DNA of 64,000 bases from the human T2T-CHM13v2.0 reference genome, Homo sapiens, in the NCBI RefSeq assembly GCF_009914755.1, contig NC_060935.1; one strand, 5' to 3'. The translations under genes and the position numbers were made by a program. The first letter of the stretch is position 1, and the number at the start of each line of letters is the position of its first letter. Under the pieces are notes generated by a model. That model saw only the letters and a program-made list of their open reading frames with translations, was not told where the DNA came from and did not search any database. This document shows, piece by piece, positions 41,601 to 57,879 of this stretch.

Positions 41601-43453
41601 AATAATTTCCATGAAGTTGTTGGTATGGAAATCAAAATGGTTGATTAGGGAATGTGGAATGAAGCTATTTCCTTTCATGGCTAGCATAAGAAAGTTAGCT
41701 GTAAAAGAAATTAAAGAGGTAGGGATAGCAAGAAGAGTCTAGAGGGGATACTTTTATGTGAGATTCTTGAACCCATTGCTAGATGGAGAGGAGGGAATCT
41801 GCAGAGAAGATGAAGTTGAGGCCCCTGAACTAACAGTGACTGTTTCTTGGAGATGCAGGAAGCTATGGAGATCCAGAACAATGGGTCCTAAATGCTGTTC
41901 TACAGATTAGAGATTGCTTAGTTTTATGAGATCACCTAGGGTATACACTCAATACATATCTCCCATCCCCCTTTTCTTGCATGAAATATTTTACCACCAA
42001 GAAAAAGATCTCAAGAGCTTGTGAAACTATAGATTCCTGACTCGTACCCTTGAGAATTCAGATAATTCAGATTCAGCTATATGGGCGTTGGAAATCCATA
42101 TTTTTAACAGGGTTTTCAAATGAGTTTTATGTTTCTTAGATTTGGGAAGCACTTGCTTAGGACATAGGTGAAGAGAAGAGTTTTGGGCAGAAGAAAGTAT
42201 GTTTCTTCTTTTGGGACAGCTAAAGAGATTTCAGGATGGATGTGGATGGAGGTAAGTTTACTGGTTTAAGCAAGATTGGCTTCTGGACATGTCATCTGAT
42301 AAGACAAGTGGGGAAAATGTGTGTCTCATCTAGAAATCTGGTTTCAGAGCTTGAAGGAAATTCTTTGAAGGTAACAGTGACTGACATTGCTCCAAAAGTG
42401 CCCTGGCCTCTTGTCCCAGGAACAGGGAGTTCTTAAACCAAAAAAAATGAGGTGTGTGTAGGTTGGAGACTACATGACCCATAATGCCATAAAAGCTGGA
42501 TCAGCTAGGGTCTATGCAGAGTGGCCAAGTGGACGCACTCAGGATGAAGCAGTGGTCACAAAGCCAGCTATCACTGGAGAGCAGCAAGAACTTTTCTGGA
42601 GCTATGGCAAAGAATGGAGACGGACTCAGGAACTCTGCTTCTTCACTAGATGGTCTGTGTGAGGAGAACTGTGGGAGACTGATAGGAAACCTACTCACCA
42701 GTGATGAACCCACAATTCTGTTGCCCTTTTCTGTGCTATATCTCTACTTGAATCCCATTTTTTCCCACACTTTCCCACATAATCCCATCTACCTAGCAAG
42801 CTTGAGCTCCTCCTTCAAGTACCATCTCAAGAATCATTTTCAAGAGTCATTTTCTGTGAGAACTTCCCCTGGCTTCTGGAGATCGGTGAGTTTTTCCTTT
42901 GTGTGTCCAGTGGATCATGTTTATATCTGCCATTGTTGTATACACCAAATTGCATCCTCCCCCCCGCCCACTAGCTTAGAATGTTACAAATTCTCAATAA
43001 ATAACCATGAATTAATAAAGTAATAAACTGAGTGATTAGGGGAACCAAATGATTCTGTGACTATCAGCTAAGCCTTTGATTGTACATACTTAACCAGGGA
43101 TGGCCTGGAAAAGAAGTGCTATAGAGGTAAGCATAGTAGTTGCATGGATAGTCTAGGGCAGTCTACACCCATTCCCCACTAATGTGCCAGGAAGTCAAGG
43201 AACATAAAAATCAACAAATACAATTCTATCCTAGGCAATTTAAAAACGATTGAAATGTTCCTAAAGCCTAGTGTGATAAGCTTTGCCGTGGGTGGAATAA
43301 CTGAAGGACACTGAGTTTCAAGATAATTATGGCTCCTGTTTTCTAGATACCAATAAAACACAAACTCCTGAGTGAGAAAGGGACTTTTTTAAAGATAGAA
43401 AGCAAGAGATGTCTGATTAGCTGAGTATCATCTTTCAATAATCTCCCATTATA

Positions 43454-43546
43454 GAGGCAGAGTTTGCAGTGAGCCGAGATTGCAGCACTGCACTCCAGCC
43501 TGGGAGACAGAGCGAGACTCCGTCTCAAAATAATAATAATAATAAT
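43454..43546 (+). mobile_element. Severely 5'-truncated Alu (last ~75 nt plus (TAA)n tail)
   Basis: 17-bp TSD AATAATCTCCCATTATA at 43437-43453 and 43547-43563. Confidence 0.95.
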
Positions 43547-44071
43547 AATAATCTCCCATTATATCATCTAGCCTTATTCTGCTTGAGTATTCAGCACATC
43601 TATGTATACTTCTATTCAATTATAATTAGCTTACATGTGATATATGTGTTCATGTCCCATCACTATGATTATATATTGTATATATGGGTAATCTCCCCGG
43701 AGTATCTTGGTCATTGCATTTCACACAACAGATGTGAAATCATAGAATGGTAGGAAGCATATAACACAAAATTCTCATTTTGCCAAAGAGAAAACTGAGC
43801 CCTAGGAACGTTCTACAAACTTGCCTGTATTACACATTCATTCAAACAATGGAAGAGTCATCAAATTATTCATTCATTTGACAAATATTTCGGTGACTTA
43901 ATGTGCAAAAACATAAAAAATGTTGGCTATGAAGATGAATACGACACACCCTGACATCAAGACTTTCACAGTCTTCTTGGGAACAGACACATAAACAGCA
44001 GTAAACTGCCAGTGGAGTGTATACTTTGGTTTAAATCTTTGGAGAAGTTTGACAATGTATAATTTTTTTAA

Positions 44072-47498
<3,427 letters not shown>

Positions 47499-48035
47499 AA
47501 AAAATGACCTTGGTTCTTCAAATCCACTCCCAAGAATTAATCTAGTGGAACTAAATGGATGTAAGCAAAGATTTAGCTATAAACTATTCTTTTTTCTTTT
47601 TAAAGAAGAATATTGCTTTATTTCAGAATACACTAATTTATGATACATGAAATCCTTTGTAATCATTAAAATGTGCACTGAGGGAGAATATTAACATGAA
47701 AAGATGATCATAACAGTTTGTTGAAAAGGTAAGAAGGTAGATAACATTGCAGTTTATATATTATGAACCCACTTATGAAAAGTGTATCTTTATTTATGTC
47801 TAGAAAGAAGACTCTCAAAAATATTAACGGTAGTCATCCCAAAATGGTAAATTACAGATACTGTTCTTTTTTTCCCCTTTTGGCTGTATTTCCTAAATGT
47901 TTTACAATGAATTCACATTTGCTTTAAAAGAAAAAAATTCTTTCTTATGAAAATAAACTGTGTCTGGATATCAAAACAGCATAGAGTTCCTGAATATCTG
48001 GGTCTACCCATGTAGGGGCAGAAGGCTAGAAGGGT

Positions 48036-48057
48036 TGAGTCAGTACAGACTGACTCA
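48036..48057. promoter_or_regulatory. Paired AP-1 sites in a perfect 9-bp inverted repeat
   Basis: TGAGTCAgt-acag-acTGACTCA. Confidence 0.35.
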
Positions 48058-48874
48058 TCAATGACCCATTGAATATGAGCAGTTCTCATTTTCTACTGAA
48101 TTGTCCAAATTGAGCAGGATATGTAAATACTTTTTTGAAAAATTTTATGGATGAGAACTTAGAACAATTTTTTTTCTATAAATCTTGGTAAAGAAGAAAC
48201 TAGAAACAAGTAAACAGATCAAAGTCAAAGCTGCTTTCAAAAAATGTTCCGAGCATGTGAGAGCACTGTCCTGCTCATTCTCTTGTGTGAAAGTTATTGA
48301 CAATCCTTCTGGTGAGTCCCATGTCCCTGCCAGCCTCTGAGTAGCATCACTAAATATCTCATGTTCAGAACTGGTTGTGTGTTTTGATGGGTTTTATTCT
48401 TTGAAAATAGGTAATTTAGGCATACATGCTAAGTCTTTATTAGGCTGAACAGCAAGTTACCCAGAACATCCCATTCTCTAATCATCCAAGTAACCACGTA
48501 TTTACTGGTTATTTAGATCCTGCTAATTTCTGTTTTTACCAAAGTGCTTTCAGTCTATTAGGAAGGCTTCAGCATGACATAAAAGGATGAACTGAGATAA
48601 ATTCAATGGGAACGCTGCACCCAAGGTCGGAGTGAAAATAATATTTACCTCGCAAAGACCTCCAGGCACTCAAATAGATTAAATTAGAACAGTAATGAGT
48701 ACATGCTCTCCTCTATTTATTTACTTGGCAGGAGGTACTTTATTTTATATACATCACATAGCCATCATTGAAAATGTATTCTATTTTTAAAGTGTCACAC
48801 CCTGTTGGATAGATATGGCCTCTTAAAGGTCATGGTGTAGTCTAAGGAGGCAGAGAAAGGGGAAAGAGGCAGAG

Positions 48875-49120
48875 AACAAACATTTATTGAACATTTCCTG
48901 GGATCTTGTTTAACCCTCCCCCTCGAATCCTCATTGATCCCAGTTCTCAAACTTTCCAGGGAGTTATAATGATTCCCATTTTACAGATGAACAAATTGAG
49001 ATAGATTGTGTTTCAGAGAGTTTAAAAGGTTTGGTACACCCGTGATTGCATAATTGGGAGTGACAGAAACAGATTTCAGACTCAGGTCTGTCAGATCCCA
49101 AAGCTTGTGCCTTTTCTAAA
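48875..49120 (-). mobile_element. MIR
   Basis: attcccattttacagatgaacaaattgag...gatttcagactcaggtctgtcagatcccaaagcttgtgc. Confidence 0.8.
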
Positions 49121-50505
49121 GTACTTTTGAAGGTTGTACAGAATGAATGCCATGGTGTCATGTTAAAAAGGAGGCAGAAAGACCAAGTGACAGGGAATGT
49201 AGACTTGCCATTTAGACATTGAGCCCCTTCTATGAAACTGTCACACAATTTCCTACATGAATATCAGCAGAGCATGAGAGATGTAGTCAAGGGAGGTGAA
49301 TATGATCAGATTCATATGCACATTTACAGGCAGCTAAGTAGGACTGACTCTCAGCAAAATTAAGGAGCAGGCGGTCATTATCTCTGTGTTGGTGGGCCTG
49401 CCACTTTCAGATGGGACACAGCATGCAGGCCGGTGATGGGAGGCCCGTGGCCAGGAGATTCATCCTAGGCCAAGCATGCTCCATTCTTTCACTGTGCTGC
49501 CTGCCCATTCCTGAACTCCTCCTTGTCTTTGTTTGAGAAGCTGTTGCTTTTGGGTCTCCATGAGCTCTGGCAATAGTAATTTATAATCTGTGATTCCACC
49601 ATTGGAGATCTGTTTGATTTGGGGAAAGGATGTTGGTTGGTGGGATGGGCTTGTCTTTTACTTTTTGATTTAGAGAATCAAGAGTGAGCTTGTGGTAACT
49701 CATTCTTTCCTGACCTCTAACACATGGTACTTTCTCTCATAAGTGGTTCAATTTGATGAACATTTGGGTCTGGCCCTCTACAAGCCTTTTTTCAGGCACC
49801 CAGGACCATCCCAGACTCTACAGGACTTTGCACAAAGAGAACTACAAGGCCACAGCCCTCCAGGCTAGAAGATCTCACCAAAACTTAACTCTCTCATGTC
49901 CCATTCCCTTAGGCTCTGCAAGGTCACTGATTAATTTTAATGTCATCAAATAATAACTTTGACCTTAGGAGTTAATAGACTTTAATATTGAATCTCTCCC
50001 AATTCAACTACTTCCTCATTTGACAGTAATTGTTTGAAAGTTTGGTCTTATGTTGAATCAAAATCAGCTTCTTAGCTATTTCTCACTGGCCCCAATTATG
50101 CCCTCTGGGGTTATATAGTCTACTGAGGGGTAAAGCTAAACAATTTTTAAAAGAGTTGATGTCCTTTAATGAGGTGGTTAAGAGAGGCTTCTTGTAGGAC
50201 AAGGTGTCATATGAGAACAAGCTTTAGGCAGGCCTTCCAGAAGTCACCTTTGAATTTCCATTGATCCCATTTCCTCTGTTAGGCTGTGTTTAGGATTTGT
50301 GTTCTTCACTTGAAATAAGCCAGGAGTAGGCAGGCCTCTGGTTCTTAGATGAAAATCCTCTGAGGACATCTTCTGTTGCCAAATATTGAGAGAGAATGGT
50401 CTGTGTAAGAAGAAAATGCAGGCTTTTGTGTAGTCCCACTTGACATCTCAAACAGAGCCAAAGCCTTGTATCAAATAAAAAGGTAGAAATAAAATCTTTT
50501 GTAAG

Positions 50506-50809
50506 TTTTTTTTTTTTTTTGAGATGGAGTTTTGCTCTGTCACCCAGGCTGGAGTGTAGTGTGCATGATCTTGGCTCACTACAACTCCGCCTGCTGAGTT
50601 CAAGAGATTCTCCTGCCTAAGCCTCCCGAGTAGCTGGGATTACAGACACCCACCACTAGGCTCGGCTCCGGTAACTTTTGTATTTTTAGTAGAGTCGGGG
50701 TTTCACCATGTTGGCCAGGCTTCTCTCAAACTCCCGGCCTCAGATGATCTGCCCCTGCCTTGGCCTCCCAAAGTGTTGGGATTACAGATGTGACCCACTG
50801 TGCCCAGCC
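50506..50809 (-). mobile_element. AluS
   Basis: Full reverse dimer; TSD tgtaag(a)tttt. Confidence 0.95.
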
Positions 50810-51189
50810 TGTAAGATTTTTTTGACAACTGACTTGCAAGTAAACAGATACTAATTATAAAAGACCTAGTAAAGCATCTAGTACATTTTATTGGAATGGA
50901 AACTATTAATAGGAATCTTGTGCATTGCATAAAATTGACTATAGCTCACTTATTGGGTGCTGAATCACTGAAAACACAGCAGCTTAACCTTACAAAGAGC
51001 AAGTTAATCCTTTGGGTTCTAGTGATTGCATGTGCAGTTCACACCAGCTCTTCCCCTTCTAACCTTTGAGGCTTCTGGCTGCTGGTGCTCAAGTGATACA
51101 GCCTACTGAAGACATAGCCACTGCTTATGGAGGCAGTATCCACACGTTCAATGAACTGTTAGTCAATATCTGTCAGAATGGCACCCTGG

Positions 51190-51400
51190 ATTAATGGAAA
51201 GAGAAGGCTTTTCAGACAGGCAGACTAAGGTTTGAATCCTGGCTTCATCATGTAGTATTTGTGTTCCCTTAGATGAATTATTTAATCTTTCATTTTCTTC
51301 ATCTATGAAATGGAGATAATTTTTGGTCCCATGAGGTGTTACAAGGATTAAGTGGAATCACGATTGCAAATGCTACATATGATAGTAGTTGCTGGGTGCA
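51190..51400 (+). mobile_element. MIR
   Basis: ggcagactaaggtttgaatcctggcttc...tttcttcatctatgaaatggagataat...aggattaagtg. Confidence 0.8.
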
Positions 51401-52894
51401 TATCTCTTCCCATTCTGTTTTCTACTGATATCTCCCTTGACTTATTCTTTCTGTAGTCTGGGGTTTAGGATAAGGACATGTTAGTAAGGGCTTTCAGATA
51501 TACTTCCACACCCCAGATCTTTGGGGGTGCTTCCTCTGCCTACTGCTCCTGCTTCCTCCTTTGACCACTTTGATGCTCATCCGCACTTTCACAAAAAGAT
51601 GATGAACCAGAGGGCATATAAAAAGCAAAACTGAAACCCATCTGCTTAATTCTTTGTATGCACAACTTTTGGAAGGAGACTAAAAGCTACTAATGGAATT
51701 GGGCATGTGTGGGGCTTTTATTTATGATGCAGCTACTCTAGACAGTACAGAGAGCAATCAAACATAATGCCTGCCATCCAGGGCCTTGCTCTGCATGGAA
51801 GGAGTTGTACATGTAGATGAATAATTTCAGGAATGTGATAACTGTTGTAATAGAGGTATGAACAGGTCATTGGGTCATTAGGGTCCACAGACTGCTATTC
51901 TTGTTCTTTTTTCTTTCTCTCCCATTCCTCTATGCCTTTCACAACTGAAGCTAGAGAGGCCTTCTGTCCCATCACTGTTGAAGTAGAAACTTACTATGGG
52001 TCTGGAAAGGACATTAGGCTTCTTAAATTCTCCTTAGGTTTTGCTTCTAATGAATTAATTCTTAGATAGTGCTAGAGAACTTAATGGCCACTTGCTATTG
52101 TTGACAAAGAGTGATGGACATGGAGATAATTTTGAACTGTGTTAATGTTATGGGAAACAAATGAACTTCTGTTGACATAATACCTGATTTAGATAATGGA
52201 TTACAGTGTATTAGATTTCAATGCCCTTGCTGGAAAGCTCAAATCTAAGAGCAAGATGTGTTTTTGTGAGATCCGATACCATCATAATCCCAAGAGTTTG
52301 CTTTATTCTCCCACTAAAAAAGGAGAAAAGTCAGCTTCTTTTGATGATCTGATTAAATTCCTAAGAATAAATGTAAAGCACTTGAAAGTTCTTCATAAAT
52401 CAGCACCTTCATGCCAAAGTGAATCCTTTGACACAAAAATAATATAACTTAGACTATCTGTTACTTAGGATATCTGTCCTTTTTAATGTTTGGTTTAATT
52501 TTGCTGTTAATAATTATCATAAATTTATTTTGACAAAAAATATACCGTGTTTCCAATAATAAAGGTCAACTGTTATTAGAATAGAGTCAGAACTAACCTG
52601 TGTTTCCTGTTCTCATGCAACCATCAGACCTGAATGTGAAGTGGCCTCTCTCTTCTTCCACTGACCATTCAGCTTTAGAGTCAGGCAACAGCTCATTTCA
52701 TGTCAATCAACCTTGATGTCATACTTCCATAAATTGAAATAATCCATGAGTACTGTGTAGAAACTCTATGTACTCTAGGCATTCTTCATCACCTACTTCT
52801 CCTCTTTGTGCTATAAAATCACGAAGAATAGAGGTTTGGAGAAATGAAGAGGGGCCTAGATTGGAATTCTACTATACATTGGAGAATTTAAGAA

Positions 52895-53510
52895 TTTCCA
52901 TTTGCAGAGTGCCTTCTGTATGCTAGAAAATTTCCACATATGTTTTAAGATTTTTACATTATACTCTAAAGGAGAAATTGGTTATGTCCACATTACAGAG
53001 GTAGAAACTAAGTCTCACAGAGATTAAGTGATTCATCTCAAGTTTTCAGATAGTAGTGGCTCAGTTAGAGTCCATACCTAAGTTTGTCTGGCTTCGAATC
53101 CACCGCATGGATGTTGGTCTGAATTAGCAAACTAGGAGCTCATGGGGCCCCATCTCATTCAAGGCCATAGTGTTTTGTTTTGCTTCATCAGCACTGAACT
53201 ATACTTTCCCCAGTTTTACTCTCTTATACCTTGTCATATACATCATACAAATGATTTTCTCTTGCTATTCCCTAGCAGTATTTAGTCTGTGGTAGCTGTC
53301 CCTGGTATAATGGAATAATCATGAGTTTTTGAGCCAGAAGGTAGAATATTTTAGTCTGGACCCAGCCAATTATGAATAGTGTGTACTTTGGGTAAGTCTA
53401 TGAGGCTGTTTCTTCCACACAAATAGGAATAACCAATCTTAGGTCATAGAGTTGTTGTAAAGATTAAAAGGAAATGCATGGAAAGTACTTGATATTCTGT
53501 AAACAATAGT
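52895..53510. mobile_element. Two MIR remnants (52895-53105 minus; 53300-53510 plus)
   Basis: ttacagaggtagaaactaagtctcacagagattaagtga; gagccagaag...tcatagagttgttgtaaagattaaa. Confidence 0.7.
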
Positions 53511-53979
53511 GACATCTGTGGTCTCCTCCCCTTCTCATCGCCATCGTTTGTGAAATAACTTGTTTGAGAAATTTCCACATGTCCTTTAAGCTGTAAAGTC
53601 TTTGTCCCTCAGGAAGTGTTGATTGAAGCTATGGTATCAATTACTACTATAAAAGGATATTAACTAGAATTCATGCTGCCTTTGTTTCCACTGAGGGGTG
53701 GAATTGAAAGATGTCAAATACCAGTGAAAGTGTGAGAACAATCCTCATATTTCTGTATGATAATTTATAACAGAAATTTTCAATAAGCACCTTTATGATT
53801 CTTGGTCTCTCAACCATATCAAAGAGCTAAAAGAAGAGTCACATAGGGAGAGGTGGGGAGATTGCTGAAAAGATTTCCTAGGAGTGGGCTGTTGCTGTAC
53901 TAACAGTTTCCACCCTTTCTTTTGCCTCATGCCTAATGGGGGCAGATTCTTATATGGTCCTTTGGAGATATGCACATAT

Positions 53980-54150
53980 ATAGTTTGTTTGGAAGTTGTA
54001 TAGAATACCAGTAGGGGAGTGAGAAAGTGATACAGGGAAGAAAAGACAGCCAATAAAAGGTGTACTACTAAGCCAGCTTCTGTGAGAGTTTATGCTCACA
54101 GGGAAATTTGGGGAAATGGTGCCAAAAACCTCGCATATATATGTATATGC

Positions 54151-54188
<38 letters not shown>

Positions 54189-54831
54189 TGTGCGTGTTGG
54201 TACAGTTGGTGGAGAGGGGTGCTCTGTTTACCTGGGTCTGATTGTCATGCAGAAAACCTAGATGACAAAAGGCAAATAGGTTGCATTGGTAGCAGAACAG
54301 GAGAAGTTGGCTGTAATTGCACTGATCTGCATTCTTTGAGCCCATGAGGCAAAGGTACATGAATGTTTTCCATAGAGCAAATGTGAGCAACATGGAGGAA
54401 CTGGTAACAGATGTTGTCAGTGCTTCACCTATATCTCTTAAACCCTTCTATTTCAGTGTGCTGCTATTGACTTCTAATTACTAGTAACTGTTCCCAAGGA
54501 CTTTTTCTGAAACTAGAGGAGGCCACTCTGCCTGTGGGTAAAGCAGGCCAGATTGTCAGGGAATTAGCTCCTCCTTGGAGCAGTCTTAAAACTAGATGGA
54601 AGTGAGGTAAGACTGAAGTGCCCTTATACACCTACACATACCACAACTCCCTTATTTCTAATCTGGAATAATCCTGAGGCATGTATTTGGCACTATTTCC
54701 CAAAATGTCCCTGTGAGCATAAACTCTCATGGTAGCTGGCTTAGCAGTATGATTTTATTGGTTGTCTTTTCTTCCCTGTATTACTTTCTCACTCACCTAC
54801 TGGTACTCTATACAACTTCCAGACAAACTAT
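53980..54831. repeat. Inverted repeat: arms 53980-54126 and 54686-54831, spacer ~560 bp
   Basis: Arms ~90% identical by eye; also visible as homologous opposite-strand ORF translations (VFSSLYHFLTPLLVFYTTSKQTI vs VFSSLYYFLTHLLVLYTTSRQTI). Confidence 0.95.
54132..54187. repeat. Alternating purine-pyrimidine tract including (GT)17
   Basis: cgcatatatatgtatatgcgcgtgtgt...; Z-DNA-prone by composition. Confidence 0.9.
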
Positions 54832-55047
54832 TTTTATTCAAGTCCCTGTCTCAGGGTCTGATTCTGGGGGAACCCAAACTAAGACAATTGGCACTAGAAA
54901 AAGACCAAGGAAGAAAACCCTCATGATGGGATTCTAGAACTAGCCAGCCAGATCACAAAAGGGCCCCATTACTGGTGTGGATAAGAGAAGTGCTAATCAT
55001 TCCTGGCAAACTGAGCATCTCAATTACAAATGCTCTCATCTGGATGT

Positions 55048-55073
55048 GTTTCTGTAGTGTAGTGGTTATCACA
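55048..55073 (+). pseudogene. 5' fragment of tRNA-Val (AAC/CAC type), tailless retropseudogene
   Basis: GTTTCTGTAGTGTAGTGGTTATCACA vs tRNA-Val 5' end GTTTCCGTAGTGTAGTGGTTATCACG (two CpG-type transitions); flanked by direct repeat T(G/A)CTCTCATCTG. Confidence 0.85.
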
Positions 55074-55349
55074 CTACTCTCATCTGTACTGTATTACAAT
55101 AGGATATAGCCTTGTGTAATATTGCTAGCATTTCTTCAATATGGTGGCAATGGTAATTATGAAGACTGTGGAATTGATTGTTTTTGTCATAGTGGCATTG
55201 AAGGAAAAAAATGACAGCCTTGATTCATCTGACCATAAAATAAGAGCTCAGTGTGAAACTCAAAAGACAACGCAGCATTTAAAGATAATATATTGCCTGT
55301 GACTACAGAGCAGAGCCAGCTGAAAATCATATCTGGGACCTGAGTGTGC

Positions 55350-55373
55350 GAGAGAGAGAGAGAGAGAGAGAGA
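55350..55373. repeat. (GA)n microsatellite
   Basis: Read directly. Confidence 0.9.
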
Positions 55374-56986
55374 ACTGCAAAGACTTAATTCTCAACCTTC
55401 AAGATAAAGATAAGAGACTTTATGCCTTGATAGGAAAGGAGTATGCCTGAGACCTGAGATGGGGATATTTGAGATAGATGTGCTTGGGAACCGTGAACTT
55501 CCAGATTCTCCCAAACCTCTAAGCATGTGGAAATCATTCACTCGCCATTGTTACAGGATGTCATATTCTTGTTGCCTGGAAAATATAAATAAGACTCACC
55601 TAAGGCAAACACCTCATAAGGTGTTATTTGTCTTCTTTAAGGTTTACTTGTACTTCCCCCACAGATTCTAGGACAATAACTTGGGTCAAAACTCAGCTTG
55701 AACCCCTGGGAAAATATTTTACCTGTTCCAGGAAAAAAAAAAAAAAGCATTGTTAAAAAACGAGCTGCAAGAACTGGCTAATCTTTCCTGGAAGAATCGG
55801 AGAGAACATACCTCAAAGTGAACTTTTAAGAATGCTAGCCCAGCAGTGAGAAATAGAAGGCTGGAAAGAGAATTTTGGGAAATGGGGACATTCTCTCACG
55901 GCTTCAGCTAAATGTACTGGGAAGGACTTTTGGAATTGATTCTAACATGCTGCTGGGATAGTTCCTCAATACTTAGAAAGTGATGGCATGCAATAAATGA
56001 GATGGAGTTGGTGCATAAATTCCCAGCTCCTTTTCCTCAGGTAGAAAAGTTATTCAGTAGGTGTTGAATGTTCTTTCTCAAAAGTTTTCTCTTAGGATTA
56101 AGCAACAAGGAGCTGAAATAAATTAGAGATTCCTAATAGATGAAGAAATAGTCAGCAGTGACAACTGAGAAAACAGGTGAATGTAAACAGGTCAGAGAAA
56201 GAGATCCTCATCCTGAGCCAATCTAAACATCTCTCAGGCCCCAGGAGTGTAAAGAACAAATCTAAGTAAAATGTTCTTATGCTGTTACCATTTTCGTCTT
56301 ACTTCCTTTGACTACCGAGATATAAGAAACTATCTAGTAATCTAGGGATGAGCAGAGGGGGGAAAAGAAAAAGAAACAAAAGCCAGAGAAATAGACAAGA
56401 AGCTAGATATTACTCCTTTTCATGCTCCAGGCTTTCTGTCTAAAATAACCCCAAGCTTTGGGAAAAGAGAATAAATTTTGAATTTTTATGAGTGTCTTAG
56501 ACTAAATGCTCTACCAGATTGATATTGTGTTTATGATTTAAAAGGTTGTAGGATTGTCTTTTAACTAAAAGTGATTCAAAAAGTCATCAAACCTATCATT
56601 TTTTTAACCTAGCAGCTGAAAAAAAATTATGTACAGTATCTGAAGGGACAGTGAATCAAAAAAAGTTTCACTTGATTACGTCAGATGTGCCTGTTCAACA
56701 TGCCAGTAATCCTACTTTATTGTTGTTTTTGTCTTCCTCAGAAACACTCTGGCTTTACTCTCTGTATGTCCTGTTACAGTAATAAAAAGCATAGTTGATA
56801 GCAATTGATGTAGAAAAAAGGCAACATATTGAGCTGGAAGAAATCTAAGCTGTCCCATGTGTTTCTTCCTAGTCAGTCATACTTTGTGGTTAATAACTCC
56901 CAGGTTATTTTAAAGCCATATTCACATTTCTTCATTTGTTTTCTTGTTCAAGCATAAAGTGATAAATAGACAATAAAAAGACTCTA

Positions 56987-57292
<306 letters not shown>

Positions 57293-57879
57293 AAAAGGTT
57301 GAAAACCATGGGGCCATTTGGTTTTGTCTCTTGGGTCTTAAAATTAATACAGTAATATTTGCTTGATAAGGAAATGAGAAAGAGGAAGAATTGAGATGGC
57401 CACCCACAATGTGGAATAAGTCGCTATCAATCACTGTGTTCCATCAGAGTCTTCCAGAGCATTGTGTATTGTATACCAACTTAAAAAACATGTGACTCAA
57501 ACCAAGTGTTTCTTTCTTGCTGTGGACTTTTGTATCATAGAAAACAAAATTCAAAAAATTATACTCAAATCTGGCAAGATCACTTCCCCTTTCTTTGCAT
57601 GAAATTTCATTTACCATGGAAAAAAATTGTATTGGCACTATTTGTTCTCCCCCAAACCGTCTTGATTGATCCCTGGACTTAATGCTTTTTGCTTTTGTTG
57701 CAGATTAATTTCTTAGAGAATGCCTGTTTTCTTTCCACATCAGAGTTTCTCAATTAAACAACTCAGAGAAAATAATCAATTAAATTGTAGTAAGATACAA
57801 GTAGGGTTCAAGAAAACGCCCATCTCTTTCTTTGAACCATTGTTTTCTAACTGTACAGTGACAAGTTGTATGTTTAGGC

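Larger units (their letters stand above)
54402..56010 (+). mobile_element. LTR16-like ERVL LTR (54402-54886) followed by degraded ERVL internal sequence
   Basis: LTR end ccctgtctcagggtctgattctgggggaacccaaactaagaca, then attggcactagaa...gatgggattctagaact; internal end approximate. Confidence 0.75.

Noticed and set aside
42514-43023. 169-aa ORF
   Set aside because: No recognisable domain or exon structure; the 3' half looks like degraded repeat or low-complexity sequence. Probably a chance ORF, though a homology search was not possible.
55048-55073. Functional tRNA gene or ERV primer-binding site
   Set aside because: Only the 5' 26 nt are present (no anticodon arm, B box or acceptor 3' strand). 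It is the wrong tRNA end and ~160 bp from the LTR, so it cannot be a PBS.
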